From positions 3,922 through 67,921 of the forward strand of contig CACLWE010000001.1 in assembly GCA_902610585.1 (NCBI GenBank): a DNA stretch of 64,000 nt, in the 5' to 3' direction. The stretch is from an uncultured Pelagibacteraceae bacterium. Lineage in GTDB: Bacteria; Pseudomonadota; Alphaproteobacteria; Pelagibacterales; AG-422-B15. Shown here in pieces: positions 63,366-64,000 of the stretch; the first letter of the stretch is position 1; every line of letters begins with the position of its first letter. A program made the translations under genes and the position numbers. The notes below the pieces were generated by a model that saw only the letters and a list, made by a program, of their open reading frames with translations, was not told where the DNA came from and ran no database searches.

Positions 63366-64000
63366 TTACGGTCTAACCTGTCCATTTCCTCTCACTATAT
63401 ATTTATAAGTTGTCAGCCCTTCTAACCCAACTGGCCCTCTGGCGTGCAATTTGCCAGTAGCAATTCCTATTTCAGCACCTAAACCAAATTCCCCTCCATC
63501 TGCAAACTGGGTTGAAGTATTATGCATAACAATTGCACTACCTACAGTATTTAAAAACTTTTCAACTTTCTCTTTATCTTCAGAAATAATACTCTCTGTA
63601 TGACCTGATCCATATGTAGCAATATGTTCTATTGCTTCATCTACCCCTTTAACAGTCTTTATAGATATTATTGCATCTAAATATTCTGTACCCCAATCTT
63701 CTTCGGATGCTTTTAGAACTTTGTCTGAGATTTTCATACATGCATTATCTCCTCTTATTTCACAGCCCCCATTAATTAAATCAGTAATAATTTTTGGTAG
63801 ATGAGTGTCGACACAGTTTTCATCAATTAATATAGTTTCAGCTGCACCACAAATTCCAGTTCTTCTCAATTTTGCATTTTCAATGATTTTGCTTGCTATT
63901 TCTGTATCTGATGTTTCATCAACATATAAATGACATATTCCATCGAGATGTCCAATAACAGGTATTTTTGCGGTGTCTTGAACTTTTTTTACCAAACCTT
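63366..64000 (-). CDS. proA: Glutamate-5-semialdehyde dehydrogenase (3' part; runs off the window edge)
   Basis: 'GICHLY', 'CGAAET', 'GSGHTE', 'FADGGEFGLGAEIGIATGKLHARGP'. Confidence 0.97.
   Translation of the reverse strand, partial: GLVKKVQDTAKIPVIGHLDGICHLYVDETSDTEIASKIIENAKLRRTGICGAAETILIDENCVDTHLPKIITDLINGGCEIRGDNACMKISDKVLKASEEDWGTEYLDAIISIKTVKGVDEAIEHIATYGSGHTESIISEDKEKVEKFLNTVGSAIVMHNTSTQFADGGEFGLGAEIGIATGKLHARGPVGLEGLTTYKYIVRGNGQVRP

Overview
Gene-dense, AT-rich window (roughly one-third GC by eye) from a streamlined alphaproteobacterium. Gene order, minimal spacers and the ffh leader motif suggest a SAR11/HIMB59-like marine lineage, which is an inference. It is mostly core genome: folD, argG, rlmN, htpG, acnA, ccmABCDEFGH, ftsY-mtaB-dapF, ffh-rpsP-rimM-trmD-rplS-leuCDB-asd, sdhCDAB, mdh-sucCDAB-lpdA, xerC, transaldolase, priA, atpHAGDC and rppH-ctpA-rlmH-rsfS-nadD-proA. 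I saw no rRNA, tRNA, CRISPR array or mobile element. Two small genes absent from the ORF track were read by hand (a DUF4177-like ORF and ccmD). Main points of interest: (1) a 652-aa fusion of a Mcl2-type CitE-family domain with a mesaconyl-CoA hydratase (Mch) domain just upstream of sdhC; (2) an unannotated stem-loop after sdhB whose loop is complementary to an RBS plus start codon, next to a tiny hydrophobic ORF and a stand-alone Smr gene; (3) a three-gene insert with an alkylglycerol-monooxygenase-like His-box enzyme, with an orphan pterin carbinolamine dehydratase elsewhere in the window.
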